NCBI GenBank assembly: GCA_965541515.1
Contig: CBEUCC010000001.1
Location: 1 to 62,713, forward strand
Length of the DNA: 62,713 nt
DNA from: an uncultured Thermoplasmata archaeon
GTDB lineage: Archaea; Thermoplasmatota; DTKX01; DATEUP01
Reading direction: 5' to 3'
Part shown: piece after piece, positions 42,609 to 51,315 of the stretch
Layout of the letters: each line of letters opens with the position of its first letter
Numbering within the stretch: the first letter of the stretch is position 1
Program-made: the position numbers and the translations under genes
The notes under the pieces: generated by a model
Seen by the model: only the letters and a program-made list of their open reading frames with translations
Database searches by the model: none
What the model was told of the DNA's origin: nothing

Positions 42609-42848
42609 ATGGAAGCAACTCGCGCGCGGCCTCCCGCGCCACCGCCCAAGCGCAGCCCTTTCCGCACAGCCCGGCATCCCACCGACGGCGACGAGGGGCC
42701 CCCGAGCGTCGAGGTCGCACGGGCGCCCGAGTACGCCCTTTTCCTAGACTTCTCGAACGGTGTCGTCATGAGGCCTGGTTTCTGCGCGCGCTGCGGCTCG
42801 CCGGCCGCCGGGTCCGTGTGCGACGTCTGCGGGTACCGCGACGGGTGA
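42609..42848 (+). CDS. Possible small zinc-ribbon protein (80 aa from ATG 42609, or 26 aa from ATG 42768)
   Basis: C-terminus MRPGFCARCGSPAAGSVCDVCGYRDG has CxxC-x9-CxxC. A TTATTACG TATA-like element at ~42512 precedes the longer form. Coding status unproven. Confidence 0.3.
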   Translation: MEATRARPPAPPPKRSPFRTARHPTDGDEGPPSVEVARAPEYALFLDFSNGVVMRPGFCARCGSPAAGSVCDVCGYRDG

Positions 42849-42853
42849 GGCGT

Positions 42854-43303
42854 TCACCCGATCGCCGCAGCCGCGACCGCCATCACCACGAGCGGCGCAA
42901 GGTTCATCGTGATGTTGTCGTCGAGGTGGGGGACGTTGTACGCCTCGGCCGCCACGGCGACGAAGGCGCCCAGCGGGATGAGGGCGAGCGGCGCGGCTAG
43001 CGGGACGACCAGGACCCAAACGAGCGCCTGCCCCGCCCACGCGAGCGCGCCGGCTGCCGGTGCCCATCGTGCGAACCCCCGTTGGCGCACCTCCCCAATC
43101 AGGGGGTCCACAAGCGTCGTCCCGAGGATCGTGATCATCGCGAAGCGCTGCTCGAAGAAGACGACGGCCACCGCGCACCCGACGACGAGCCATACGTGGC
43201 CGCCGACCTTGCGCCGCTCGTACTCCCGCATCGGGAAGACGAGCGAGTGGCGCGAGAGGCGCACAGCCTCCAGCGCGAGCACGACCGCGACGCCCCCAAG
43301 CAC
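42854..43303 (-). CDS. Polytopic membrane protein; 5' part apparently displaced into another frame (see findings)
   Basis: 149-aa ORF from GTG 43303 with about 4 TM segments. The same frame stays open and encodes another TM helix (FHLAVSAAVLYWWF) for about 190 nt upstream, without any ATG/GTG/TTG. Confidence 0.55.
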   Translation of the reverse strand: MLGGVAVVLALEAVRLSRHSLVFPMREYERRKVGGHVWLVVGCAVAVVFFEQRFAMITILGTTLVDPLIGEVRQRGFARWAPAAGALAWAGQALVWVLVVPLAAPLALIPLGAFVAVAAEAYNVPHLDDNITMNLAPLVVMAVAAAAIG

Positions 43304-43567
43304 AAGCTGGTCTCGGGTGAGGCCAAGCTCGACGACGCGCTCCGGGAACCACCAGTAGAGGACCGCCGCCGAGACGGCGAGGTGGAACGCGCGGCGCGCG
43401 ACCGCGCGGCGGGGGTCGGGGCCCTCCGTCGGCTCCTTCCCTTCCGCGACTTTCCCCCCGATATGAAGGGGGGAAGAGGCGGGCCACCCGTCTTATTCGT
43501 TCGGCTCGCTTGGTCTGCCGGAGCCATGAGGCCTTCGCCGCCACGCGGCGTTCTTGCCGCCCTCGGA

Positions 43568-43960
43568 CTACGGCTTGAGCACTTCGTCCCGGTACTGGTC
43601 GAGGTGGTCCATCAGCGCGTTCACGTCCTGGAGCTTGGTGAGCTCCTCCTCGAGCGAATCGAGCACCGCCACGAGTTCCGGCGACGAGGGCTGGCCCGAG
43701 GCCTTCGGGATCTCGACCGCCGCAAACTGCAGGAGCGCGTGGGTCGCGCGGGCGATGACTACGGTCGCCGCCGCCGCCACGCGCTGGACCTCCGCGATGT
43801 CCGAGAGCGCGTCCTCCACCCCCTGCACGTGCTCGTGGAGGTCGTCCAGGTCGTCAAGCACCTGCCGGCGCGCCTTCTCCTCGGCCGAGCGCCTTCCCCG
43901 CGTGCGGGCCGTGCGGGCCGTGCGGGCCGCGGGGGGACTCCCACCTTTCTTCGCGGGCAA
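43568..43960 (-). CDS. Hypothetical helical/coiled-coil protein with basic N-terminus (130 aa)
   Basis: ORF. N-terminal MPAKKGGSPPAARTARTARTRGRR is encoded by a 3 x 9-nt tandem repeat. Divergent from the 44135 gene. Confidence 0.5.
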   Translation of the reverse strand: MPAKKGGSPPAARTARTARTRGRRSAEEKARRQVLDDLDDLHEHVQGVEDALSDIAEVQRVAAAATVVIARATHALLQFAAVEIPKASGQPSSPELVAVLDSLEEELTKLQDVNALMDHLDQYRDEVLKP

Positions 43961-44091
43961 TTCGACACGCTCCCTTAGGGGGCCCGCTAGCCGGCTCCCG
44001 CGCTATGAGGTCTTTGATTGTCTTTCGCGCCGAGCCAGGCGCCGTTCCCATGGCCTCTCACGGTCGGTGGCCGGCTGCACCTTGTCCATAG

Positions 44092-44100
44092 GTTTAAAGG
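44092..44100 (+). promoter_or_regulatory. TATA-like GTTTAAAGG about 40 nt upstream of the GTG at 44135
   Basis: AT-rich box. GGAGG lies 3 nt before the GTG. Confidence 0.45.
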
Positions 44101-44134
44101 ACGACCAAAGCTAAGTGGACGGCTAGCTGGAGGC

Positions 44135-47100
44135 GTGCCCTTGGTTCTCTCTGGAAGGTTTCGTTCCCGCATCGCGGCGCTAAGCGCAATTGCAGTCGTC
44201 TCCCTCCTTGCCGGGGTCCCGGCCGTGGGGTTCCTCGGGGGGGCGCCGGCCAGTTCGACTGGAACGCTCGGCGCGGACGTTGAAGCGCCAGCAGCGTCCT
44301 TCGGGGCCCCGCACCTTGCGGACCTTCCGGCCGGCGCGCCGGCGCCCGAGAGCGTGCAGACGTCGGCTCCCACAGCACCCGTGTCGTTCACCCGCAATGA
44401 CGGCCAGGTCGCGGACGACTCCATCCTCTACTACGCGCGCGCGGGCGGCGTCCTCTCGGGCTTCGGCGCAGGCTTTGCCCGCCATGTCATCGACAGCGGG
44501 TCGCCTGACGTTTCGCCCTCGGTAGTTACCGTCTCATTTGGCGACGCGCTCGCCAAGCCCCCGCTCCCCCAGGAGCCGGCACCGGGCACGCGCAACTTCT
44601 TCCTGGGTTCGGACCCCACCATGTGGCAGCGCGAGGTCCAATCCTTCGGGACGCTCGTCTATGCTGAGACTTGGCCGGACATCGACCTCGTGTTCCGTGC
44701 CACTCCGGAAGGACCCAAGTACGAGGTCGTCGTGCGGGCCGGGGCCGACCTCGCGTCCGTTCGCATGCTCTACACCGGGGCCACCGACCTCTCCCTGACC
44801 CCCGACGGGAGCCTCGTGGCCTCAACGCTCGCCGGGCCCCTCACAGACTCGCCCCCCACCGCCGCGTCGGGCGGCGCGACCGTCGAATGCAGCTTCGCCA
44901 AGCGGGGGCCGTATTCTGTCGGTTTCACATGCCCGGGCTGGGACGGGTCGCGAACGCTCGTCATTGACCCGCTGATCTTCTCCACCCTCTTCGGCAGCTC
45001 CTCGACCGACTACGCCTACGGCGTCCAAGTGGGATCGGACGGGACCATCTATGTGGGGGGCTACACGACCTCCTCCAGTTTCCCGACCACCGCCGGGGCG
45101 TACGACACGACCTGGAACGGGGGTTACGACCAGTACATCGCGCGGTTTGACGCCAACGGCACGAAGCTCATCTGGTCTACTTACATCGGCGGCTCGTCCA
45201 CCGATTACGGCTACGACCTGTACGTGGACTCGTCGGGCGACGCTTACCTGGCCGGGGCGTCATACTCGACAAACTACCCGGCCACCGCGGGCGCTCATGA
45301 CACCACGCGCAACGGCAGCTACGATGCGACGGTTGCCAAGATCGACTCCACGGGGAGCAAGCTCCTCTTTGCAACCTACCTGGGCGGCTCCTCCTCGGAT
45401 TACGGGCGGGGGGTTTCCGTCGGCGCCAACGATACCGTCTACGTGGGCGGGTACACCTACTCGTCCGACTTCCCGACCACCGCCGGAGCATACCGGACAT
45501 CGAGACCCGGTGGCTACGACGGTTTTGTCAGCCGCCTCAACCAGACGGGGGCGCTGCTTAGCTCGACGTACCTCGGGGGCAGTTCGACCGACTATGTGCA
45601 CCACTTGCGGACGGACGCGAACGGCCGGCCTGTCATGACCGGGTACACCTACTCCTTCAATTTCCCGACCACGAGCAACGCCGAGCAGAGCTCCTATGGG
45701 GGGAGCTATGATTCGTATGTCGTTCAGTTCGCCAGCGACCTCTCGTCCATAGCGTACTCCTCCTACCTGGGGGGGGGGTCCTCCGACTACGGGTACCGCA
45801 TCGCCATCGGCCCAGGTGGGGCTGCATACATCACGGGGATGACTTATTCGTCAAATTTCCCGACGAAGGGAAACTCGTTCAGCTCGAGTCTGGCGGGCGG
45901 CACCGACGCCTTCCTCGCCGTGTTTGACCTCAGCACCGGCGACCTCGACTATTCCTCCTACTTCGGCGGCGGGAGCTACGACTACGGGTACGGCGTCGCG
46001 GTGAACAACCAAGGGGAGGCCTACCTCACCGGCTATACCCAGTCCACGGACTTCCCCACCACGGCGGCGGCCTTCCAGTCGGACCGCGCCGGTGGGTACG
46101 ACGCGTACATCCTGCGGCTCAACTCGGCCGGGGACAAGCTGATCTACGGGTCATACCTCGGCGGGACCAGGAGCGACTACGGGTACTCGATCGCCACGGA
46201 CGCAAACAGCACCGCGTACATCGCCGGGCGTACGTACTCGTCGAATTTCCCGACCACGCCGGGCGCCTACGACACGACGCTCTCGAGCAACGACGGGTTC
46301 CTGACGAAGCTGGACCCCCGGCTCCCACGGCTGACGCTCAACAGCGAGCCGCCGGGCCTGCGGCTCGTCGTCCAGAACGACAACCGCACGACACCCTACA
46401 CGGAGGAATGCTGGACCATCCGCCGCGTGTACGCCCCCTCCCCCCAGTACGATGGGGACACCCGCTACGTGTTCGACCGGTGGTCTGACGGGGGAACCCA
46501 GTTGCATGCACTCGACTGCACCAAGGCCGATGTGACGGTCACGGCGTACTTCAAGACCGAGTACCGGGTAGACATATCGACCTCGCCGCCGGGCCTGCAC
46601 GTCAGTGTCGATGGTAAGGACATCCAGACGCCCGTGACCTACTGGTGGGAGAATGGCACATACCACCGTCTTGACGTGGTGCCCACCTTCACGACTGAAG
46701 GTGTCCGGTACACCTTCGATCAGTGGTCCAACGGGAGCGTGGGGCAGTTCAACTATACCGCCATAGCCCCGCTAGACATAGTCGCCGAGTACGCCATCTC
46801 GCATTACCTCTTCAAGGCGGTCACCCACAAGCCGATGACCTACATCACGTTCGACGGCAACCGGTACGCCGGACCGATCTCTGAGTGGCTGGCCGTGGGA
46901 AGCAACCACACGCTCGCCGCGCCCGAGTCGGTGGCCGAGGGGACAGCGGCCCGCCACCTATTCTTGAGCTGGTCGGACGGCGGCCCTATGGTGCGTCCCT
47001 TCACGGTCTCGGAACCCCTGGACCTGGTCGCGGAATTCTACTCGGAGTACCTCACGTCGTTCGAGACCAACCCGCCAGAGATCGCCATCAAGATCGACGA

Positions 47101-48649
47101 GGTGGAGACGCCGACTCCCCACTCTGTCTGGTGGCGGGAGGGCGACTCGCACCGGATCAACGGGCCGGTGGACGAGGTGGAGTTGTACGACACGCGCTAC
47201 CGGATCGCGGGCTGGGTCGACAGTTACGCCAGCGAGCGGCTTGTGTACGCAGACGGGCCGATCACCTACACCGCCCTCTTCACGGCCTCCTCCTACCGGA
47301 TCACCGTCCAGTCGGTCCCGCCGGGGCTCAACGTGGTCATTGACCGCGCAACGCACACGGCTCCGGCGGTGTTGTGGTGGACTAAGGGCAGCGACCACAC
47401 GGTCCAGGCGGTCTCGCCGCAGCTGGGCGACCGGGAACGCTATGTGTTCAGCGGCTGGAGCGACCACATGCAGTTCACACACATGGTGACGGCCACGGCG
47501 CCTGGCCAACTGACCGCACGCTACCTTACGGAATACGAGTTCATCATCGACACGAATCCGACGGGCCTCAACGTGATCGTCGACGGGGCGGCCCAAGAGG
47601 CCCCGTACACCACGTGGTGGTCCAAGGGGCAGTACCACGACATTGGCGTCCCCGCTTCGCAGGCGGTGGGGGGCGACCAGCGGTGGGACTACGCGTCCTG
47701 GTCGGACGAGGGGGGGCGGATCCACAGCGTTACGGCAGAGGCCCCCATGCTATACACGGCCAGTTTCGACCCGTCCTTCCTTCTCACGATCATTAGCCAG
47801 CACCAGCCACCGCCCTGCGATGTGGACGACTGCTGGTACCGGGGAGGCGAGACTGCGACGCCCCATGTGGACAGCCCAAAGAACGCGAGCGTCGGAGTCC
47901 GCTTCGTATTCGCGGGGTGGGTGGGCGACTACGTCTCCGACGAGGTGGACGCGCTGATCCTGATGGACGGCCCGAAGACGGTGACCGTCGCCTGGCAACT
48001 CGAATACAAGCTTACCGTTGTCAGCGAGTGGGGCGAAGCGACAGGCGCCGGGTGGTACGCCCAGGGCGAATCGGCGTCGATCGGCCTGGGGGCTACGGAT
48101 TGGCAAGAAGGCGATAGGGAGTACACGTTCTCCGGGTGGACCGGCGCGATCGCGACGCAGTCGGCCCTTGCACAGGTCCAGATGGGCGCCCCGAAGACCG
48201 CGACGGCCGTGTGGGACGAGGTCAAGGCCGAGGCGCCGCCGCCGCCGCCGCCGGACACCGGGGGGGATGGAGGTGGAGGCGGCGAAAGCTCAATGCCCGT
48301 CGAGGTCCTCGCTGGCGTTGGGGCTGCGGTAGCCGTGGCCGCCCTCATTGGTCTCTTGGCGCTGCGCCGGCGGACCCCGCGCGATGGCGAGGTGGAGGCG
48401 GAGCTGTCCGCACCTGTCGCGCCCGTCGGGGACATCGAGGTCCCGGCCGCGCTCCCGGCTGCGCCCCCGGCCGCGCCCCTGACCGCCGTGCCCGCACTCC
48501 GGCCCGTCCGGCGAATGCCCCAGAAGCGGCCCGCCGCGCAGGAGCCGCGGGCGGAGGCTTCGCCAGCCCGGTGCCGCAACTGCAACGAGCCCGCGCAAGC
48601 GGCCTGGACGGTCTGCCCGTTCTGCGAGACCCGCCTCAACGGGGAGTAG
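44135..48649 (+). CDS. Giant secreted protein: SBBP-type beta-propeller repeats, about 10 divergent InlB-B-repeat-like modules, TM, cytoplasmic tail ending in a zinc ribbon
   Basis: Repeats of the form STYLGGSSTDYGYG(V/I)AVDxxGxAY(V/I)TGYTxSxxFPTTxGAY (about 9 copies), then Yx(F)xxWSDGG...-type modules. PPPPPP linker. TM VLAGVGAAVAVAALIGLLAL. C-terminal CRNCNEPAQAAWTVCPFCETRL. The start is moved to GTG 44135, downstream of the TATA box (the track start is 44018). Confidence 0.75.
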   Translation: MPLVLSGRFRSRIAALSAIAVVSLLAGVPAVGFLGGAPASSTGTLGADVEAPAASFGAPHLADLPAGAPAPESVQTSAPTAPVSFTRNDGQVADDSILYYARAGGVLSGFGAGFARHVIDSGSPDVSPSVVTVSFGDALAKPPLPQEPAPGTRNFFLGSDPTMWQREVQSFGTLVYAETWPDIDLVFRATPEGPKYEVVVRAGADLASVRMLYTGATDLSLTPDGSLVASTLAGPLTDSPPTAASGGATVECSFAKRGPYSVGFTCPGWDGSRTLVIDPLIFSTLFGSSSTDYAYGVQVGSDGTIYVGGYTTSSSFPTTAGAYDTTWNGGYDQYIARFDANGTKLIWSTYIGGSSTDYGYDLYVDSSGDAYLAGASYSTNYPATAGAHDTTRNGSYDATVAKIDSTGSKLLFATYLGGSSSDYGRGVSVGANDTVYVGGYTYSSDFPTTAGAYRTSRPGGYDGFVSRLNQTGALLSSTYLGGSSTDYVHHLRTDANGRPVMTGYTYSFNFPTTSNAEQSSYGGSYDSYVVQFASDLSSIAYSSYLGGGSSDYGYRIAIGPGGAAYITGMTYSSNFPTKGNSFSSSLAGGTDAFLAVFDLSTGDLDYSSYFGGGSYDYGYGVAVNNQGEAYLTGYTQSTDFPTTAAAFQSDRAGGYDAYILRLNSAGDKLIYGSYLGGTRSDYGYSIATDANSTAYIAGRTYSSNFPTTPGAYDTTLSSNDGFLTKLDPRLPRLTLNSEPPGLRLVVQNDNRTTPYTEECWTIRRVYAPSPQYDGDTRYVFDRWSDGGTQLHALDCTKADVTVTAYFKTEYRVDISTSPPGLHVSVDGKDIQTPVTYWWENGTYHRLDVVPTFTTEGVRYTFDQWSNGSVGQFNYTAIAPLDIVAEYAISHYLFKAVTHKPMTYITFDGNRYAGPISEWLAVGSNHTLAAPESVAEGTAARHLFLSWSDGGPMVRPFTVSEPLDLVAEFYSEYLTSFETNPPEIAIKIDEVETPTPHSVWWREGDSHRINGPVDEVELYDTRYRIAGWVDSYASERLVYADGPITYTALFTASSYRITVQSVPPGLNVVIDRATHTAPAVLWWTKGSDHTVQAVSPQLGDRERYVFSGWSDHMQFTHMVTATAPGQLTARYLTEYEFIIDTNPTGLNVIVDGAAQEAPYTTWWSKGQYHDIGVPASQAVGGDQRWDYASWSDEGGRIHSVTAEAPMLYTASFDPSFLLTIISQHQPPPCDVDDCWYRGGETATPHVDSPKNASVGVRFVFAGWVGDYVSDEVDALILMDGPKTVTVAWQLEYKLTVVSEWGEATGAGWYAQGESASIGLGATDWQEGDREYTFSGWTGAIATQSALAQVQMGAPKTATAVWDEVKAEAPPPPPPDTGGDGGGGGESSMPVEVLAGVGAAVAVAALIGLLALRRRTPRDGEVEAELSAPVAPVGDIEVPAALPAAPPAAPLTAVPALRPVRRMPQKRPAAQEPRAEASPARCRNCNEPAQAAWTVCPFCETRLNGE

Positions 48650-48806
48650 TGCTGCGTACTACGGTTCGAACCCTTCGAAGAGCAACCAGTTGGCCAGGGT
48701 CCGGCTGAAGACACCGGGCGACTCCATGTTCACCAGGCGAGAGGCGCCCTCCGCCACCTGGAGGAACGCGCCGGTCCCATCCGCGGTGCCCTCCAGCGGC
48801 CGGGCG

Positions 48807-49205
48807 TCAGGTATTGAAGTGTTTGCGTACGAGGAAGAGGTAGAGTAGCAGGACGGCGGGGATCAGCCAACCGTAGGGTGTGTAGGTGCCAAACAAGACA
48901 TCGATGATGAGCAGGATCACCGTGAGCCACCAGGCCCACCCGCGCATCCGCCACAGGCCATGGCCCGCGATGTAGGTCAGGCCCCCGATGATGATGAGGA
49001 CGAAGCCGAACGCCGCGCCAAGAAGCCCGCCCAGAGGCCCCGCCACGAGGAACCCGACAAACCCCAGGGCGAGGAGCGCGAGGAGCCCGACCAGGGCGAC
49101 GATGATGCCCGCGAGCATGACGAGGACCGAGAGGATCGCGACTCCGATCGGCCGGTGGAAGGTGCGCGGCTGGCCAGCGGTACTTGCGGGTGGTGGGGCA
49201 GACAT
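48807..49205 (-). CDS. Small 4-TM membrane protein
   Basis: Start MSAPPPASTAGQPRTFHRPIGVAILSVLVMLAG... at 49205 (the track start at 49313 is over-extended). Confidence 0.6.
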   Translation of the reverse strand: MSAPPPASTAGQPRTFHRPIGVAILSVLVMLAGIIVALVGLLALLALGFVGFLVAGPLGGLLGAAFGFVLIIIGGLTYIAGHGLWRMRGWAWWLTVILLIIDVLFGTYTPYGWLIPAVLLLYLFLVRKHFNT

Positions 49206-49357
49206 AGGGTCCGGGCTCCGCGGGCTGGATCGGCCCGCCTGCGCTTGAAGCCTCCCCTCCCCGTGACACATGTGCGATCGTCCCAGCGATGCCTTCAAGT
49301 CCCAGCGCCGCACGTTGTGAACACACGCAGCGCGCCCGCAAGCCCGCGGAGAGAAAA

Positions 49358-49676
49358 CTCGTGCCTAGACCGGGGAGTTAGGCGTTCCCTACACCGCCAT
49401 TACCGTCTATAGGCGGGGTCCAAAAGGCCCGATGCGGCGAACCGGTGGCTTGGCGGAGCCGCGCGCGATTCCCATGATGTCTCGGCCCTCGAACGGACGG
49501 GGTTGCGGGCACTTTCCGGAGGGAAGGTGGCCGCGGCGTATGCAGAGGGGATCGGCCTAGGCCCGGAAGGGAGCAGGCCCACCTCGTACCGGCCGTGTTG
49601 AGGGAGACCCGGGGCGGAGGGCGCGCGCGGGTTAACTCCGTCGAGTCGCCGGGCGCCCAGTTGGGTCAGGCGCGGG
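49358..49676 (+). ncRNA. ffs: Signal recognition particle RNA (archaeal 7S RNA); ends approximate
   Basis: The ORF-free gap contains the universally conserved helix-8 sequence CCUAGGCCCGGAAGGGAGCAGG (GGAA tetraloop at 49565-49568). There is a helix-6-like hairpin CUUUCC-GGAG-GGAAGG (49512-49527). A long helix 5 pairs GGAGCCGCGCGCG (~49455) with CGCGCGCGG..CUCC (~49622). Alu-domain hairpins are GGGGA-GUUAGGCG-UUCCC and CCGCC-loop-GGCGG. The ends pair as CGUGCCU (49360) with AGGCGCG (49668). Confidence 0.8.
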
Positions 49677-49737
49677 CCTCAAATCCGCGGGGTGCGGGGC
49701 GCAAGGCAGAAAACGGCCAGCCGCATTGCCGACCGCC

Positions 49738-50130
49738 ATGGACGCCCCCAAAGCCACTTCCGTACACTCGCCAGCCGCCCCCAAAGCCGTCGGCCCCTAC
49801 TCGCAGGCCGTCCGGTCGGGGGACCTCCTGTTCCTTTCGGGGCAGATCCCGCTCGACCCCGCAACAGGCGCGCTCGTGGACGGGGACATCGAGGTGCAGA
49901 CCGAACGCGTGCTCGCAAACATGTCGGCCGTCCTTGCCACGGCGGGCGGTTCGCTTGCCGACGTCGTGAAGACGACGGTGCTCATGACGGACCTCTCAGA
50001 GTTCGCACGGATGAACGAGGTGTACGCGCGCCACTTCACGGCCGACCCCCTGCCGGCGCGCGCGACGTTCCAGGTGGGGGCGTTGCCCAAGGGCGCGCGC
50101 GTCGAGATTGAAGCCGTCGCGCGGCTCTGA
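49738..50130 (+). CDS. ridA: RidA/YjgF-family reactive-intermediate deaminase
   Basis: APKAVGPYSQAVRSGDLLFLSGQIPLDPATG...VKTTVLMTDLSEFARMNEVY...ARATFQVGALPKGARVEIEAV. Confidence 0.85.
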   Translation: MDAPKATSVHSPAAPKAVGPYSQAVRSGDLLFLSGQIPLDPATGALVDGDIEVQTERVLANMSAVLATAGGSLADVVKTTVLMTDLSEFARMNEVYARHFTADPLPARATFQVGALPKGARVEIEAVARL

Positions 50131-50181
50131 CGCCTGCCCGGCCCCGCACGTTCAAGTAGCGCGCGCCGCCTGGGCCGCGCC

Positions 50182-51165
50182 GTGGCGGCCCCCGAAGCGC
50201 CCTCCCCCCGGCCCGGGACGCTCCCCCCGCCGCCGGGCGAGACAACGCTGCTCCTGCGGTTTGGCGAGCTGACACTAAAGAGCGCGTCCGTCCGGCGTCG
50301 GTTCACCAACCTGCTCAAGCGAAGCCTCGAGGCGGCGTTCGCCCGCTCGGGGCTCGACTGCCTCATCCGCGACGACTGGGGCCACCTCTACATCGACACG
50401 ACGGACCTCGTGGCGGCCGAAGGCATCTGCAAGCGCACGTTCGGGCTCGTGTCCGTCTCGCCCGTGGCGGTCCTCCGGAGCAGCGAGCTGGCTGTCGTCG
50501 CGCCCGCCTGCGCCGCCTACGCGCTGGGCCACCTGCCGGAGTCGGCCCGCACGTTCGCGGTGCGGCCCAGGCGCATCGGGAACCACCCGTACACCTCGAC
50601 GGATGTGGGCCGTGTGTGCGGTTCGGCGGTCGCGGTGGCGGCGGCAAAGGCCGGGCACGAGCTATCCGTGGACCTCGAGGAGCCCGACTTCGAGGTGGAG
50701 GTTGAGGTCCGCCAGTCTGTGACCTACCTCTACACGCGGCGTGTCCCGTGCGTCGGCGGGATGCCACTTGGCAGCGCGGGGCGCATCGTCAGCGTTATCC
50801 GGGACGGCGACCCCGCGTCCGACCTCGACGCACGGGCCGCGTGGATGCTGATGAAGCGCGGGTGCGTTCCGATCTTTGCGGTCGCGGGGGAGGCGGGCAC
50901 GCCGCACCTGCGCGCGGGCGAGGCGCTGGCCAAAGGGCTTGCGTGGGCGCCACGCGCAAGCGTCGTGGTGGCAGCCGACCCCACGGACGCCGCCTTCCTG
51001 CGGGATCTTGCCAACAAGCACGGCGCCGCCGCGTTCACCGTCGGCACACTGGCACGCGACGGCCAGGTATTGGGGCCGACCGAGTTGGCAGACGGGTTCC
51101 CGACGTTCCACCCGTTGCTCGCGATGGCTGACGACGAGGTCGCGAAGATCCCGTTGGACCGCTAG
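50182..51165 (+). CDS. ThiI-like THUMP-domain protein with degenerate PP-loop and short C-terminus
   Basis: LLLRFGELTLKSASVRRRF... (ThiI N-terminal ferredoxin-like/THUMP pattern) and FAVRPRRIGNHPYTS. Where ThiI has LLSGGIDSPVAA..MMKRG, this protein reads VIRDGDPASDLDARAAWMLMKRG. Confidence 0.6.
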   Translation: MAAPEAPSPRPGTLPPPPGETTLLLRFGELTLKSASVRRRFTNLLKRSLEAAFARSGLDCLIRDDWGHLYIDTTDLVAAEGICKRTFGLVSVSPVAVLRSSELAVVAPACAAYALGHLPESARTFAVRPRRIGNHPYTSTDVGRVCGSAVAVAAAKAGHELSVDLEEPDFEVEVEVRQSVTYLYTRRVPCVGGMPLGSAGRIVSVIRDGDPASDLDARAAWMLMKRGCVPIFAVAGEAGTPHLRAGEALAKGLAWAPRASVVVAADPTDAAFLRDLANKHGAAAFTVGTLARDGQVLGPTELADGFPTFHPLLAMADDEVAKIPLDR

Positions 51166-51205
51166 GTCGCCGCCACACTAGATGCCACTCGGCCCCCGCC
51201 GATGC

Positions 51206-51213
51206 TTTTATAT
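51206..51213 (+). promoter_or_regulatory. TATA box TTTTATAT about 30 nt upstream of tRNA-Ile
   Basis: Strong AT-rich box in GC-rich DNA at the canonical archaeal distance from the mature 5' end (51242). Confidence 0.6.
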
Positions 51214-51241
51214 CACCACCGAAATGCCCGGCACCCTCCGT

Positions 51242-51315
51242 GGGCCCGTAGCTTAGCTGGCTGGAGCACCCGGCTGATAACCGGGAGGTCGCCCGTTCGA
51301 ATCGGGCCGGGCCCA
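51242..51315 (+). tRNA. tRNA-Ile (anticodon GAT)
   Basis: Hand fold: acceptor GGGCCCG/CGGGCCC; D arm GCTT..GAGC; anticodon arm CCCGG-CTGATAA-CCGGG; variable AGGTC; T arm GCCCG-TTCGAAT-CGGGC; discriminator A. No encoded CCA. Confidence 0.9.

Noticed and set aside
49400-49969. Small ORFs (60 aa minus-strand, 124 aa plus-strand, 79 aa minus-strand) in the 49.2-49.7 kb gap
   Set aside because: The region is accounted for by the SRP RNA gene and the ridA promoter and start. The ORF products are Arg/Pro-rich artefacts.
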